A stretch of 64,000 nucleotides of DNA, from the NCBI GenBank assembly GCA_965215365.1, contig CBDCDS010000003.1, positions 1,728,001-1,792,000 of the forward strand. The letters are read 5' to 3'. The notes beneath the pieces are model-generated. The model was given only the letters and a program-made list of their open reading frames with translations. It did no database searches and was not told where the DNA came from. A program made the position numbers and the translations under genes. Each line of letters opens with the position of its first letter. The first letter of the stretch is position 1. The stretch is from Gammaproteobacteria bacterium. GTDB lineage: Bacteria > Pseudomonadota > Gammaproteobacteria > Eutrophobiales > Eutrophobiaceae. Below are positions 1 to 11,695 of the stretch, in pieces.

Positions 1-928
1 CTGCTATTTCGGTTGCGGTTTCTGCGCCTTTTCCAAGGGGCGCGTGGCGGAGAACCTGCGCGCACGCGGGTATGACCTGCCATTGGAGGAGATACAGGCG
101 CGGGTAGCCGATGCCTGGCAACGGGGGGCAACCGAAGTCTGTCTGCAAGGAGGCATCCATCCGCACTACACCGGCGCCACGTATCTTGCCATCTTGCGCG
201 CGGTGAAGCAGGCTCAGCCGGACATGCACGTGCACGCCTTCTCGCCGCTGGAGATCAGGCAGGGTGCGCAAACCCTGGGCCTGCCGCTCAAGGATTATCT
301 GGGCGCATTAAAGCAGGCCGGTTTGGGCACCTTGCCCGGCACCGCCGCGGAAATTCTGGATGATGAGATCCGACAGATTATTTGCCCGGACAAGCTGAAT
401 ACGGCAGAGTGGCTGGAAGTCATGCGCGTCGCTCACTCGCTGGGCCTGCAATCGACTGCTACTATCATGTTCGGCCATGTGGAGCAGCCGCTGAACTGGG
501 CGCGCCATCTGTTGCGCATCCGCGACTTGCAGGAGGAAACGGGGGGGTTTACCGAGTTCGTGCCACTGCCTTTCGTGCACATGGAAGCGCCCATGTACCG
601 CAATGGCGCGACCCGCAAGGGCCCGACCTTGCGCGAAGCGTTGCTTATGCATGCCGTCGCCCGGTTGGTGCTGCATCCCCATATCACCAACATCCAGGCC
701 TCCTGGGTGAAGCTGGGCCGGGACGGGCTCAGGGCCTGCCTGGATGCCGGAGTGAATGACTTGGGCGGCACCTTGATGAACGAAAGCATCAGCCGCGCCG
801 CCGGGGCTGCACATGGGCAGGAGTTCACTGCGGCCGACCTGCGGGTGCTGATCGCCGCCGCCGGCAGGACGCCGCAGCAGCGCACCACCCGTTATGAGTT
901 AGTGAGTGACAGTAACCATGTCCGGTAA
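1..928 (+). CDS. cofH: CofH-type radical SAM subunit/domain of FO synthase (F420 biosynthesis), 5'-truncated by window edge
   Basis: Frame starting at base 2 reads [13 protein letters not shown] (CxxxCxxC); [34 protein letters not shown] and [16 protein letters not shown] are CofH/FbiC motifs. Confidence 0.85.
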   Translation, partial: CYFGCGFCAFSKGRVAENLRARGYDLPLEEIQARVADAWQRGATEVCLQGGIHPHYTGATYLAILRAVKQAQPDMHVHAFSPLEIRQGAQTLGLPLKDYLGALKQAGLGTLPGTAAEILDDEIRQIICPDKLNTAEWLEVMRVAHSLGLQSTATIMFGHVEQPLNWARHLLRIRDLQEETGGFTEFVPLPFVHMEAPMYRNGATRKGPTLREALLMHAVARLVLHPHITNIQASWVKLGRDGLRACLDAGVNDLGGTLMNESISRAAGAAHGQEFTAADLRVLIAAAGRTPQQRTTRYELVSDSNHVR

Positions 929-1979
929 CACCATCGGAAAATTGTTTACGGTAACTACCTGCGGCGAGAGCCATGGTTATGGTTACCTGTGTATTGTTGA
1001 TGGCTGTCCACCGGGCATGGCGTTATGCGAGGCTGATCTTCAACATGATCTTAACCGGCGCAAGCCCGGCAAGTCGCGGCATGTGACCCAGCGGCGGGAA
1101 TCGGATCGGGTGAAAATCCTGTCCGGGGTGTTCGAGGGCAGGACTACCGGCACACCCATAGGTCTGTTGATTGAAAATGAAGACCCGCGCAGTAAGGACT
1201 ACTCGGCTATCAAGGACAAGTTCCGGCCCGGACATGCGGATTACACCTATTGGAAAAAGTACGGTATCCGCGATGACCGGGGCGGCGGGCGCGCCTCGGC
1301 GCGGGAAACCTGTGTGCGCGTGGCCGCCGGCGCTATTGCTAGGAAGTATCTGCGTGAACAGTTTGGCTGTCAGGTGCGCGGTTATCTGGCGCAGCTGGGG
1401 CCGGTCAGGCTGGAGTTGCAGGACTGGAATGCAGTGGATAACAACCCGTTTTTCTGCCCGGATGCCGGCAAGGTCGCGGAACTGGAAGCCCTGATGGACG
1501 AGCTGCGCAAGTCCGGCGATTCCATCGGCGCGCGCGTGAATCTGGTCGCCACCCATGTTCCGGTGGGGCTGGGAGAACCGATCTTCGACCGTCTGGACGC
1601 TGACATAGCCAAGGCACTGATGAGCATCAACGCCGTCAAGGGGGTGGAATTAGGTGACGGTTTCGAGGTTGTCGCACAGCGCGGCACGCAGCATCGCGAC
1701 GAGCTTGCGGCAAGCGGCTTTTTGTCCAACCATGCCGGCGGTACGCTGGGTGGCATATCCAGTGGCCAGGACTTGCGCGCCAGCATCGCTCTGAAGCCGA
1801 CCTCCAGTATCCGCATCCCCGGCAGGACTGTGGATGTTCACGGTAACGAAACGGAGATTGCCACCACCGGCCGCCACGACCCCTGCGTCGGCATCCGCGC
1901 CACGCCCATTGCCGAGGCCATGCTGGCGCTGGTATTGATGGACCACGCACTGAGAGATCGAGCGCAGAACCCCGACTGA
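918..1979 (+). CDS. aroC: chorismate synthase
   Basis: [38 protein letters not shown]. Confidence 0.97.
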   Translation: MSGNTIGKLFTVTTCGESHGYGYLCIVDGCPPGMALCEADLQHDLNRRKPGKSRHVTQRRESDRVKILSGVFEGRTTGTPIGLLIENEDPRSKDYSAIKDKFRPGHADYTYWKKYGIRDDRGGGRASARETCVRVAAGAIARKYLREQFGCQVRGYLAQLGPVRLELQDWNAVDNNPFFCPDAGKVAELEALMDELRKSGDSIGARVNLVATHVPVGLGEPIFDRLDADIAKALMSINAVKGVELGDGFEVVAQRGTQHRDELAASGFLSNHAGGTLGGISSGQDLRASIALKPTSSIRIPGRTVDVHGNETEIATTGRHDPCVGIRATPIAEAMLALVLMDHALRDRAQNPD

Positions 1980-1988
1980 GCTGCTTCC

Positions 1989-2077
1989 GGGGGGGGGGGG
2001 GGATTTCAGATCTGTCCCCGCGTTCGCCCCCGCGTCCGCATGATGGCTGTCAGGGGGCGGATTTCAAATCCGTCTCC
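1989..2077. repeat. G14 run plus two degenerate REP-like palindromes (GGGGACRGATTTCAAATCTGTCCCC-like)
   Basis: 14 G at 1989-2002 followed by ATTTCAGATCTGTCCCC; GGGGGCGGATTTCAAATCCGTCTCC at about 2053-2077; related degenerate copy at about 41289-41310. Confidence 0.55.
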
Positions 2078-3807
2078 AGCGTCTCCGCATCCGTCCCCGC
2101 TCCGGTTTCCGTTTTTCCAAAGGTAATAACGACATGATCCGTCTTTGAGTTTTTTACTCCATAGACGTTGATGATATAGGGCAGCATCACCCAGCTGTCG
2201 CTGTCGCCCCGTAACGATGCCAGCCATTCGGCGTTGTTTCTATCGGAATCGGACCAGGGACACACGACCTCGCCGGCCTCAAGCAGCTCAATAATGGTTT
2301 GCCGCGTCGCCGGGTTGCGGGCGCCGGGTATGGCCCGGAAGAATCCGAAAAATATCTTGTTGTACAAGCTCCCGAACAGGTGCCTGCTCACCACGAAACG
2401 GATCTGACGCGGCGCTGCCATCTGGACAAAAAGCCAGAAGTTTTTGCGAATGTTTTTCCCCAGCATCAAGACGCCGCCGGTATCGGGGAAGTGCTTGAAA
2501 CCCTCCACATGCAGCCAATAGGTTTCGCCGATAGTCAGGGTCAGAATAATCCGCAGCAGGGACTGTGGCAGTTTGTACACCGTGTATATCGCCCCGCCTA
2601 AGGCAACCACCATCAACAGCGGAAACAGCAGGTCGCTGAGACCCCTCATGGAAAACAGGACGGTCAGCCCTAAGAAGCCCAGCATCACCACGTTCTGGAT
2701 GAGGCTGTTGCCGGCCAGCACTCGACCTAGCATGCGTTCGCCGGCGTGAAACTGGATCAAGGCGTTAAGCGGAATGATGAACAATCCGCTGAACATGCCC
2801 AGCAGCATAAGGTTGATGACGTGGGCCTGCATAGTGTCAAGCCACGGCAGGATGAACAGGCACACAGCCACACCTAGCGCGCCAATCGGGATCAGGCCGG
2901 TCTCGATATAGTTTCTCGAGACGATGCCGGCGATCAGCGAGCCGAACATAACCCCGGTGCCGACGTTGGCCAGCGTCCCCTGGATGACCCGGACGTCGGT
3001 GACGCCCAGATTGTCCTTGACAAAGGCCGGGAACGCCGCCAGCAGCACCTGACCAATAGACCACATGAGCGCCAGGCCGATGATCGACAGCAGAATCACT
3101 TCCTGGGAGCGGACCGTGTCCAGGTTCTCGGCCAGGTAACGGCCGGTGCGATACTTGACCCAGTCGAAGCGCAGGTTCCGGTCCGGTTTATGCCGGGTGG
3201 GCAGGCGGTAGGCCAGCTTCAGCTCCACCAGCGCGCCGGCTATCAGGAACCAGCCGATGCCTTTGATGGCGACCAGCACGTCTTCTTTGGTGGAAAAAAC
3301 CACATCGGTCAGGAATATCTCGAACAGGATTGAAAATACCAAAGCACCGGTGAGAATGGCGATGGTTGTGGTCGCTTGCACTACGCTGTTGGCGCGCGTC
3401 AGCCGTTCCTTGCCAGCAATTTCCCGTATATAACCGTATTTTGCGGGTCCGTAAAACGCGCTCTGGACTGCCAGCAGGAATGTCATGACAAACGCCGCCC
3501 AGAACCATCCCAGGTGATAGAACAAAGTGATCAGGCAGGTCAGGCCGACTGCGCCCCAGGCGGTGGTGCGCATCACCAGGTTTTTTGGAAACTTGTCGGC
3601 CAGGAAACCGGCGGGAGTAAACAACAGCACAAACGGCAGCAGGATCAGGGCGTTGACGATTGCCGTCAATATGATCAACGCATCGCCCTCATAGGTCTTG
3701 AAAATGGTATTCTGTATGGTGATTTTGTGCCCTAAGTCGACGAAGGCGTTCAGGAACAGCACGGCTATGTAGGGCAGAAAACCCCTGATTTTGAATAAAT
3801 CACTCAC
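2050..3807 (-). CDS. LplT-like MFS transporter fused to degenerate PlsC-like domain (short Aas-family homologue)
   Basis: FLNAFVDLGHKITIQNT, LLPFVLLFTPAGFLADKFPK and QSAFYGPAKYGYI match the N-terminus of acyl-ACP:phospholipid acyltransferases; GTG start overlaps tldD stop. Confidence 0.75.
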   Translation of the reverse strand: MSDLFKIRGFLPYIAVLFLNAFVDLGHKITIQNTIFKTYEGDALIILTAIVNALILLPFVLLFTPAGFLADKFPKNLVMRTTAWGAVGLTCLITLFYHLGWFWAAFVMTFLLAVQSAFYGPAKYGYIREIAGKERLTRANSVVQATTTIAILTGALVFSILFEIFLTDVVFSTKEDVLVAIKGIGWFLIAGALVELKLAYRLPTRHKPDRNLRFDWVKYRTGRYLAENLDTVRSQEVILLSIIGLALMWSIGQVLLAAFPAFVKDNLGVTDVRVIQGTLANVGTGVMFGSLIAGIVSRNYIETGLIPIGALGVAVCLFILPWLDTMQAHVINLMLLGMFSGLFIIPLNALIQFHAGERMLGRVLAGNSLIQNVVMLGFLGLTVLFSMRGLSDLLFPLLMVVALGGAIYTVYKLPQSLLRIILTLTIGETYWLHVEGFKHFPDTGGVLMLGKNIRKNFWLFVQMAAPRQIRFVVSRHLFGSLYNKIFFGFFRAIPGARNPATRQTIIELLEAGEVVCPWSDSDRNNAEWLASLRGDSDSWVMLPYIINVYGVKNSKTDHVVITFGKTETGAGTDAETLETDLKSAP

Positions 3808-5249
3808 TACGCCGATGTTCCACCCACGGTCAGTTCGTCGATCCTGATGGTCGGCTGACCTACGCCGACGGGGACCGACTGGCCGTCCTTTCCGCACACG
3901 CCGATGCCGCTGTCAAGCTGCATGTCGTTGCCGGTCATGGATACCCGGGTGAGCACATCCGGGCCATTGCCGATCAGGGTGGCGCCCTTGATGGGCGCGG
4001 TCAAGCGGCCGTTTTCGATGAGCCGGGCCTGACTGGCGCTGAATACGAACTTACCATTGGTGATGTCCACCTGGCCACCGCCGAACTGGGAAGCATACAC
4101 CCCTTTTTGCACCGAGCCGATAATTTCCTCGGGATCATGCTCGCCGGCCAGCATGCAGGTATTGGTCATGCGCGGCATGGGCAGGTGCGCGTACGATTCC
4201 CGGCGTCCGTTACCGGTGGGCTGCATCCCCATCAGCCGGGCATTGAGCTTGTCCTGCATATAGTTCTTCAGGATGCCGCGCTCGATCAAGGTGGTGGATT
4301 CCGTGGGGGTGCCTTCATCATCTACGGTCAACGACCCGCGCCGGTTTGCAATGGTGCCGTCATCCACCACGGTAACGCTCGCGGCCGCAACCCGCTCGCC
4401 GATACGATTGCTGAACGCCGAGGTACCCTTGCGGTTGAAGTCGCCTTCCAAGCCATGACCGATTGCCTCATGCAGCAGGATTCCCGGCCAGCCCGGCCCC
4501 AGCACCACGGTCATGGCGCCGGCCGGCGCCGGCACTGCATCCAGATTGTCCAGCGCCTCGGTGACCGCATCATCAATGTAGCCGGACACGATGTCAGCGT
4601 CCAGGAAGTAGTCGTACCCGCAGCGGCCGCCGCCGCCGCCGCCGCCTTTCTCCAGCCGGCCGTTATGCTCGACGATAACATTCACGTTGAGCCTGACCAA
4701 GGGACGCACATCGCCACAATAAGCGCCGTCGCTGGCGGCCACCAGCACCGCGGAATAGGCGGCACTGAGTCCGGCGATCACCTGTTTTACCCTGGCGTCC
4801 TTGTTGCGAGTCTCGGCGTCGATACGTTGCAACAAGGCGATCTTCTCCGCCGGCGGGATCGATTCCAGCGGATTGGCGCCACTGTACAACGGCGCCGGCG
4901 CGCGCTTCTGCCAGGCCTGCAAGCTGTGTGCGCCGCCGCTGCGAGCAATGGCGCGGGCGGCCGTAGCGGCCGCAGTCAAGGCTGGCAGGACTATCTCATC
5001 CGAGTAGGCAAAACCGCTCTTGTCGCCGCTGACGGCGCGTACTCCCACCCCCTGGTCGATGCTGTGTGAACCTTCCCGGATAATGCCTTCCTCCAGCACC
5101 CAGGTTTCGGCCTGAGAGTATTCAAAGTACAGGTCGGCATAGTCAATATCATTGACGATCATACGGTCCAGGGTCTGTTCAAGATCCCGGCGCCCGAGCC
5201 CGGTCGGCGCCAGCAGTTGCCGGCTGGCAATGTCCAGTTGTTGCGTCAT
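3807..5249 (-). CDS. tldD: metalloprotease TldD
   Basis: [58 protein letters not shown]. Confidence 0.97.
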   Translation of the reverse strand: MTQQLDIASRQLLAPTGLGRRDLEQTLDRMIVNDIDYADLYFEYSQAETWVLEEGIIREGSHSIDQGVGVRAVSGDKSGFAYSDEIVLPALTAAATAARAIARSGGAHSLQAWQKRAPAPLYSGANPLESIPPAEKIALLQRIDAETRNKDARVKQVIAGLSAAYSAVLVAASDGAYCGDVRPLVRLNVNVIVEHNGRLEKGGGGGGGRCGYDYFLDADIVSGYIDDAVTEALDNLDAVPAPAGAMTVVLGPGWPGILLHEAIGHGLEGDFNRKGTSAFSNRIGERVAAASVTVVDDGTIANRRGSLTVDDEGTPTESTTLIERGILKNYMQDKLNARLMGMQPTGNGRRESYAHLPMPRMTNTCMLAGEHDPEEIIGSVQKGVYASQFGGGQVDITNGKFVFSASQARLIENGRLTAPIKGATLIGNGPDVLTRVSMTGNDMQLDSGIGVCGKDGQSVPVGVGQPTIRIDELTVGGTSA

Positions 5250-6085
5250 GGTAGTGTTCTCTCTACAGTCTGGCCGAGTACCCGATGTGTCAACGCCGGG
5301 AAAGAACGTCTCAATGTGTGCATCCCGGCCAGATCAAGGTCGGCGCAGGCAACCCCCGGGCCGTCTTCCAGGCGGCACAGGATGTCGCCCCAGGGAGCGA
5401 CGATCATGCTGTGTCCCCAGGTGCGTCGGGTTTGTGTATTCTGTCCGCCCTGGTTGGCGGCGACGACGTAACACAGGTTTTCCACCGCCCGGGCGCGCAA
5501 CAACAGCTCCCAGTGGCGCTTGCCGGTGGCGTAGGTGAACGCCGCCGGCACGGTGAACATTTCCGCCTGCCGGTTCGACAGCTCCCGGTACAGTTCCGGG
5601 AAGCGCAGGTCGTAGCAGACCGTCATCCCGACCCGGCCCAGCGGAGTGTCCGCCACGACGGTGTTCTGCCCCGGCGCGATAGTATTGGATTCGTTGTAAA
5701 CCTCTTGCTCCTCAGCCTCCACCTGCACGTCAAACAGGTGCATCTTGTCGTAGCGGTGGGTGCGCAGACCGTCCGGGTTGTACAACAGGCAGGCGTTATA
5801 CACCCGCCCCGGCTCGGTGCTTTGCAGCGAACAGCTACCCGCCATCAGCCACAGCCGGTGGCTGCTGGCCTGCTCGGCCAGAAAGTCCTGCACCGGGCCG
5901 GCTCCCGGCGCCTCCCCGATACGCACCTTGGCCGTCTCGTCATCACTCATCATGGCAAAAAATTCCGGCAACAGGGCAAACCCGGCGCCGCACCGCGCCG
6001 CTTCCCCGATCAGCTCGCCCGCCCGGGCAAGATTAGCGTCAAGGTCAGCGGAGGAAACCATCTGGATTACGGCAAATCTGGACAT
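5246..6085 (-). CDS. carbon-nitrogen hydrolase (Nit1-like deaminated glutathione amidase)
   Basis: Catalytic triad motifs [24 protein letters not shown]; usual tldD neighbour. Confidence 0.9.
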   Translation of the reverse strand: MSRFAVIQMVSSADLDANLARAGELIGEAARCGAGFALLPEFFAMMSDDETAKVRIGEAPGAGPVQDFLAEQASSHRLWLMAGSCSLQSTEPGRVYNACLLYNPDGLRTHRYDKMHLFDVQVEAEEQEVYNESNTIAPGQNTVVADTPLGRVGMTVCYDLRFPELYRELSNRQAEMFTVPAAFTYATGKRHWELLLRARAVENLCYVVAANQGGQNTQTRRTWGHSMIVAPWGDILCRLEDGPGVACADLDLAGMHTLRRSFPALTHRVLGQTVERTLP

Positions 6086-6130
6086 GCCCGGAGTATACGT
6101 GAAACCTGAATTGATTTACAGAAACCCCTG

Positions 6131-6192
6131 ACCCGCAGACCGCACCAAGTCGCTTGTTACCTTATGAAACATGATTGCTCTCAATAAGTTAT
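6131..6192 (-). repeat. truncated copy of MITE family B (right end)
   Basis: Reverse complement is nearly identical to 28329-28390 and to about 50738-50799. Confidence 0.85.
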
Positions 6193-6219
6193 GGTCACCT
6201 CTATTAATTAGAGGTGGCC
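6193..6219. repeat. short palindromic element, family A
   Basis: GGTCACCTCTA-TTAAT-TAGAGGTGGCC; relatives at 13255, 25171, 25361, 28285, 54763, 60502, 63396. Confidence 0.85.
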
Positions 6220-6249
6220 TTTAGATGGGGCTATTATATAATGCCCGCC

Positions 6250-7563
6250 ATGAAACCGATAAAAACAGGCTTGCTTGGCCTTGGCACCGTGGGTGGCGGG
6301 GTGGTCGGCGTGCTCACCGGCAATGCCGATGAGATCGCTCGTCGTGCCGGACGGGAGCTGGTCATCAGCCATGCTGCGGCGAAAGAATACGACGCTGAGG
6401 CGATCCGGGGGTTGCAGCAGGTGGGGCGGCTGAGCGATGATGGTTTTGCCGTGGTGGATGACCCGGATGTCGACATTATCATCGAGCTCATCGGTGGCTA
6501 CTCACCGGCGAAGGAAATGGTGTTGCAGGCCATCGCCAACGGCAAGCATGTCGTCACTGCCAACAAGGCCCTGATCGCAGTGCATGGCAACGAGATCTTC
6601 CGCGCCGCACAGGAACGGGGCGTCATCGTGGCGTTTGAGGCCGCGGTCGCCGGTGGCATTCCCATCATCAAGGCCTTGCGCGAGGGGCTGGCGGCAAACC
6701 GCATCGAGTGGGCCGCCGGCATCATTAACGGCACTGGCAACTTCATTCTCAGCGAGATGCGCGACCAGGGCCGGGACTTTGCCGAGGTGTTGCAGGAAGC
6801 CCAGCAACTGGGTTACGCGGAAGCCGACCCGACCTTCGATGTGGAAGGCATCGACGCCGCGCATAAACTCACTATCATAGGTTCACTGGCCTTCGGCATT
6901 CCCTTGCAGTTTGACCAGACCTACACCGAGGGCATCAGCAGGATAGGGCCGCAGGATGTGGCTTATGCCGACGAACTGGGCTATCGCATTAAACATCTGG
7001 GTATCACCCGGCGTAGCGAGGGCGGCATTGAATTGCGCGTGCATCCCACCCTGATCCCGGCCCAGCGGCTCATCGCCAACGTGGACGGGGTCATGAACGC
7101 AGTGCTGGTGCAGGGTGACGCGGTGGGGCCGACCTTGTACTACGGCGCCGGCGCCGGTTCCCGGCCCACTGCGTCTTCAGTGGTCGCCGATGTGATAGAT
7201 GTGGCGCGCGCGCTGACTACCGACCCGGGCAACCGTGTGCCGCAGCTGGCATTTCAGCCCGATGCCATGTCCGAACTCCCCGTGTTGGACATGGAAGATG
7301 TCCACACCGCTTATTACCTGCGGATGCAGGCCGTGGACCAGCCCGGCGTGCTGTCTGCGGTCGCCACTATCCTGGGCAACCTGGGCATCAGCATTGAAGC
7401 CATCATCCAGAAGGAACCGGCGCCGGGCGCCGACCATGTCTCCATCATCATACTCACCCAGCGCGTGCAGGAGCGTAACATGAACACTGCCATCAGACAT
7501 ATTGAGGCATTGGACACCATAGCCGGAAACGTGCACCGGATCCGGGTCGAAAGCCTTGGGTGA
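6250..7563 (+). CDS. hom: homoserine dehydrogenase
   Basis: GLGTVGGG, VVTANKAL, FEAAVAGGIP, EADPTFDVEGIDAAHK, C-terminal ACT domain. Confidence 0.97.
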   Translation: MKPIKTGLLGLGTVGGGVVGVLTGNADEIARRAGRELVISHAAAKEYDAEAIRGLQQVGRLSDDGFAVVDDPDVDIIIELIGGYSPAKEMVLQAIANGKHVVTANKALIAVHGNEIFRAAQERGVIVAFEAAVAGGIPIIKALREGLAANRIEWAAGIINGTGNFILSEMRDQGRDFAEVLQEAQQLGYAEADPTFDVEGIDAAHKLTIIGSLAFGIPLQFDQTYTEGISRIGPQDVAYADELGYRIKHLGITRRSEGGIELRVHPTLIPAQRLIANVDGVMNAVLVQGDAVGPTLYYGAGAGSRPTASSVVADVIDVARALTTDPGNRVPQLAFQPDAMSELPVLDMEDVHTAYYLRMQAVDQPGVLSAVATILGNLGISIEAIIQKEPAPGADHVSIIILTQRVQERNMNTAIRHIEALDTIAGNVHRIRVESLG

Positions 7564-7667
7564 CCCGGGCCTCGGGCAATTTCCCGGTTCGTTCTGGTGG
7601 ACATGGCTTGTCCACGATCCGGTGACAGTGAGGTTATGCAGTCGGAATGACAAGCCAGGAATTGAAA

Positions 7668-8783
7668 ATGACGCAATATTCAGGACTGATTGAACGCTAC
7701 CGTGCGCGTCTCCCCGTCGCCGACGGCGCCCGCATCATCACCCTGGGTGAGGGCAGTACTCCGTTAATTCAACTGCAAAACCTGCCTGTCGCCAACGCCC
7801 GCGACATCAGCTTGTACGTGAAGTATGAAGGGCTGAACCCGACCGGCTCGTTCAAGGATCGCGGCATGACCATGGCCATTACCCAGGCCGTCAGTGAGGG
7901 CTCGCAGGCGGTGCTGTGCGCCTCCACCGGCAATACCTCCGCCGCTGCTGCGGCCTACGCCGCGCGCGCCGGCATCGCTTGTTATGTGCTGATCCCGGAC
8001 GGCAAGATTGCCATGGGCAAGCTGGCCCAGGCCATGATCCATGGCGCCGTGGTGTTGCAGATACAAGGCAATTTTGACGACGGCATGAGACTGGTCAAGC
8101 AGCTTGCAGCCACCGAGCCCATTACCCTGGTCAATTCCGTCAACCCCTACCGCTTGCAGGGACAGAAAACCGCAGCCTTCGAGATCATTGACGAGCTGGG
8201 CGCGCCGCCCGACTTCCATTGCCTGCCGGTAGGCAATGCCGGCAATATCTCCGCGTACTGGAGCGGCTACAGCGAGTATGCCGGCCAGACTACCGGCGCC
8301 TGCAACTTCTGTGACGGGCAGTGTGCCTACCTCACCGAACCGGTCACGGATAAACGACCGCGTATGTTGGGCTATCAGGCTGCCGGCGCCGCGCCGTTTT
8401 TACGCGGCGCGCCGGTGGCGCAACCGGAAACCGTTGCCAGCGCCATCCGTATCGGCCGCCCGCAGTCCTGGGAGTTGGCCTGGGCTGCCAGCCGGGAGTC
8501 CGGTGGCTGGTTCGACGAGTTCCACGATACGGACATCCTGGCGACACAAGCGCTGCTGGCAAACACAGAAGGTATCTTCTGTGAGCCGGCATCTGCCGTT
8601 TGTGTCGCCGGCGCCTTGCGCGATATCGCAGCGGGCAAAATCCCCGCACATAGCAGCGTCGTCTGCACCCTCACCGGCCACGGCCTCAAAGACCCGGACA
8701 TCGCCATGCGCCAAAGCACAACCCCGGTCACAAAGGTCGCCGCGAACCTGGATGACGTAAGGCAAATCATACTCAGAAATTGA
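7668..8783 (+). CDS. thrC: threonine synthase
   Basis: [40 protein letters not shown]. Confidence 0.96.
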   Translation: MTQYSGLIERYRARLPVADGARIITLGEGSTPLIQLQNLPVANARDISLYVKYEGLNPTGSFKDRGMTMAITQAVSEGSQAVLCASTGNTSAAAAAYAARAGIACYVLIPDGKIAMGKLAQAMIHGAVVLQIQGNFDDGMRLVKQLAATEPITLVNSVNPYRLQGQKTAAFEIIDELGAPPDFHCLPVGNAGNISAYWSGYSEYAGQTTGACNFCDGQCAYLTEPVTDKRPRMLGYQAAGAAPFLRGAPVAQPETVASAIRIGRPQSWELAWAASRESGGWFDEFHDTDILATQALLANTEGIFCEPASAVCVAGALRDIAAGKIPAHSSVVCTLTGHGLKDPDIAMRQSTTPVTKVAANLDDVRQIILRN

Positions 8784-10513
8784 AAATCACCCGTCGCGAT
8801 ATTTCTGAAAAATGCAGCCTGCCGGACTCCCTGCATCCGGTGTTGCGGCGTGTGTTTGCGGCCCGGCATATTGATTCTGCGCGCGAGCTGGATTACTCGC
8901 TGCATAACCTGCTGCCGTTTGCTTCACTGAAACATATCGCCGCCGCCGCGGCGTTGCTGATTGATGCCATCCGCGCCGACCAGCGCATACTGGTGGTGGC
9001 CGACTATGACGCGGATGGCGCCACCGCCTGTGCCGTGGCCTTGCGCGGACTGTCCATGCTAGGTGCCCGGCAGGTTCTCTACCTGGTGCCGGACCGGGCG
9101 AAACAGGGTTATGGCCTGAGCGCCGATGTGGTGCGGCAGGCGCTGGAGCAGGAACCCGACCTGCTGGTGACGGTGGATAATGGTATTTCCAGCCTGGCCG
9201 GCGTCGAGTTTGCCCGTGACGCCGGGGTTGATGTGTTAGTTACTGATCATCATTTACCGGGGAAGGAGTTGCCGTCTGCCAACGTCATCATCAACCCGAA
9301 CCAGCCCGGTGATCACTTCCCCAGCAAGTGTATCGCCGGGGTGGGTGTCATGTTCTACGTGTTGCTGGCAGTGCGGGCCGGCTTGCGTGATGTGCGCTGG
9401 TTTGAGCGGCAGGGCCTGCCGACGCCGAATCTGGCAACGTTGCTCGACCTGGTGGCGCTGGGCACCGTCGCCGATGTGGTGCAACTGGATTTCAATAACC
9501 GCATCCTGGTCGAGCAGGGCTTAAAACGCATGCGCGCCCGGCGTTGTTGCCAGGGAGTCATGGCCCTGGCCCGGGAGGCCGGCAGCGAACCGGAGCAAAC
9601 CAGCGCCGCGCAGCTCGGCTTCATGCTGGGGCCGAGGCTGAATGCGGCCGGTCGTCTGGCGGACATGCGCCTGGGTATTGAATGTCTGCTCACGGATGAC
9701 TTTGCCCAGGCGGTTTCCCTGGCTAAGCAGTTGGACCGGATCAACCGTGACCGCAGACAGGTGCAGGCGGATATGCAGGAACAAGCCGATGACCATTTGC
9801 GCGGTATTGCCGACCTGGAGCAGGGTGAGTTCCCGTTCGGTGTCTGCCTGTACGAGCCCGGTTGGCATCAGGGTGTTGTCGGCATCCTGGCCGGCAGGAT
9901 CAAGGAGATGCTGAACCGCCCGGTGATTATCTTCGCCGGCGCCGATGACGGCCAACTCAAAGGCTCCGGACGTTCCATCTCCGGCATCCACCTCAGAGAC
10001 GTACTGGAAACACTGGCCACGCAACACCCGACCTTGCTGCACCGCTACGGCGGCCACGCCATGGCCGCGGGCCTCACTATCAGGGAGGCTGAATATGAGC
10101 AGTTCAAGGAATTGTTTGACGCCGAGGTGAAACGCCTGCTGGACGGACAACTGCCGGGTGCTGAGGTTGCCACTGACGGTGCGCTGGAACCCGCCCACTT
10201 TAATCTGGAACTGGCCGCGGCCATCGAACAGGCCGGCCCTTGGGGGCAGGGCTTCCCGGAACCGCTGTTCGACGGTGTCTTCTCGGTCTCCGGCAGCCGC
10301 GTGGTGGGGGACGGCAAGCACCTGCAACTGACCCTGCTGCCAGAGGGCGGGCAAGACGCGATCAATGCCATCTCGTTCAACACGGATGAAAGCGCCATCG
10401 CCGCGGCACAACGGGTACAACTGGTCTATCAGTTGAGTGTCAACCGCTACCAAGGCAAGGAAAACCTGCAACTGATCATCCGCCATTTGGACGTTGCTGA
10501 ACCCTCGCCCTGA
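8780..10513 (+). CDS. recJ: ssDNA exonuclease RecJ
   Basis: [33 protein letters not shown]. Confidence 0.97.
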   Translation: MKITRRDISEKCSLPDSLHPVLRRVFAARHIDSARELDYSLHNLLPFASLKHIAAAAALLIDAIRADQRILVVADYDADGATACAVALRGLSMLGARQVLYLVPDRAKQGYGLSADVVRQALEQEPDLLVTVDNGISSLAGVEFARDAGVDVLVTDHHLPGKELPSANVIINPNQPGDHFPSKCIAGVGVMFYVLLAVRAGLRDVRWFERQGLPTPNLATLLDLVALGTVADVVQLDFNNRILVEQGLKRMRARRCCQGVMALAREAGSEPEQTSAAQLGFMLGPRLNAAGRLADMRLGIECLLTDDFAQAVSLAKQLDRINRDRRQVQADMQEQADDHLRGIADLEQGEFPFGVCLYEPGWHQGVVGILAGRIKEMLNRPVIIFAGADDGQLKGSGRSISGIHLRDVLETLATQHPTLLHRYGGHAMAAGLTIREAEYEQFKELFDAEVKRLLDGQLPGAEVATDGALEPAHFNLELAAAIEQAGPWGQGFPEPLFDGVFSVSGSRVVGDGKHLQLTLLPEGGQDAINAISFNTDESAIAAAQRVQLVYQLSVNRYQGKENLQLIIRHLDVAEPSP

Positions 10514-10594
10514 CATGGCAGCCAGCGGACCTTAGCGTTTTAAGAGGTTTTGGTATTCTGTTATAATCTCTCGCCACACAAAATCGGAACCGAC

Positions 10595-11693
10595 ATGCCT
10601 GAACTGACCGCCATTATTGCTCAAATCAAAGACTGCCAGGGGAGAATTGACGCCCTGAGGAGGTATCTTTGACTATGAGGATAAGCTCGAACGCCTGCAT
10701 GAGGTGCGCCAGGAACTGGAGCAACCGGATGTCTGGAGCGACCCGGCGCGCGCCCAGGCCCTGGGCAAGGAGCGGGCGCTGCTGGAAAAAACAACAGGAA
10801 CGTTGACGACGCTGGGCCAGGGAGTGAACGACCTGGAGTTATTGCTCGACCTGGCAAAACAGGAAGAGGATGACGAGGCCGTGGCGGAAATTGTTGCCGA
10901 CCTTGACGGCTGCGCCACGCAGATAGCGGAACTGGAATTTCGCCGCATGTTCTCCGGCGAGATGGACCCCAGTAACGCCTTTCTTGAAATTCAGGCTGGT
11001 TCCGGTGGTACCGAGGCCCAGGACTGGGCCGAAATGCTGTTGCGCATGTACCTGCGCTGGGGTGAACGGCGCGGCATCGGTGCCGAGTTGATCGAAGTGT
11101 CCCCCGCGGAGGTTGCCGGCATCAAGAGCGCCACCGTCCGCTACCAGGGCGATTATGCCTATGGCTGGCTGCGTACCGAAACCGGTGTGCATCGGCTGGT
11201 GCGCAAGTCCCCATTCGATTCCGGCAACCGCCGCCATACCTCGTTCGCGTCAGTGTTCGTCTCACCGGAAATCGACGACAATATCGAGGTGGAGGTTGAC
11301 CCGTCCGATCTGCGCGTGGACACTTACCGCGCCAGCGGCGCTGGCGGTCAGCACGTCAACAAGACCGACTCTGCGGTGCGTATGACCCATCTCCCCACCG
11401 GCCTGGTCGTGCAGTGCCAGAACGACCGCTCCCAGCACAAGAACCGCGACCAGGCTCTAAAACAACTGCGCGCCAAACTGTATGAGCTGGAACTGCAAAA
11501 ACGCATGGCGGACCAGAAAGCCCTGGAGGACACCAAGGCCGATATCGGCTGGGGCAGCCAGATCCGCTCCTATGTGCTGGACCAGTCCCGTATCAAGGAC
11601 TTGCGCACCGGCATGGAAACCGGCAACACCCAGTCGGTCCTGGACGGCAATCTGGACCGCTTCTTAGAAGCGAGTCTTAAAGCCGGGGTATAA
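10595..11693 (+). CDS. prfB: peptide chain release factor 2 (programmed +1 frameshift)
   Basis: ATG 10595 ORF ends at CTT TGA C (10667-10673); the +1 frame carries SPF and GGQ motifs. Confidence 0.97.
10658..10673 (+). promoter_or_regulatory. prfB +1 frameshift site
   Basis: Internal SD AGGAGG 10658-10663, then TAT, then CTTTGAC. Confidence 0.95.
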
Positions 11694-11695
11694 CA

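Noticed and set aside
3807-6085. tldD as a maturation protease for the RiPP locus
   Set aside because: It sits in its standard nitrilase-tldD context about 8 kb away, and the precursor has a Sec-type signal peptide
10595-10703. prfB appears split or truncated in the ORF track
   Set aside because: Canonical programmed +1 frameshift, so neither a pseudogene nor novel
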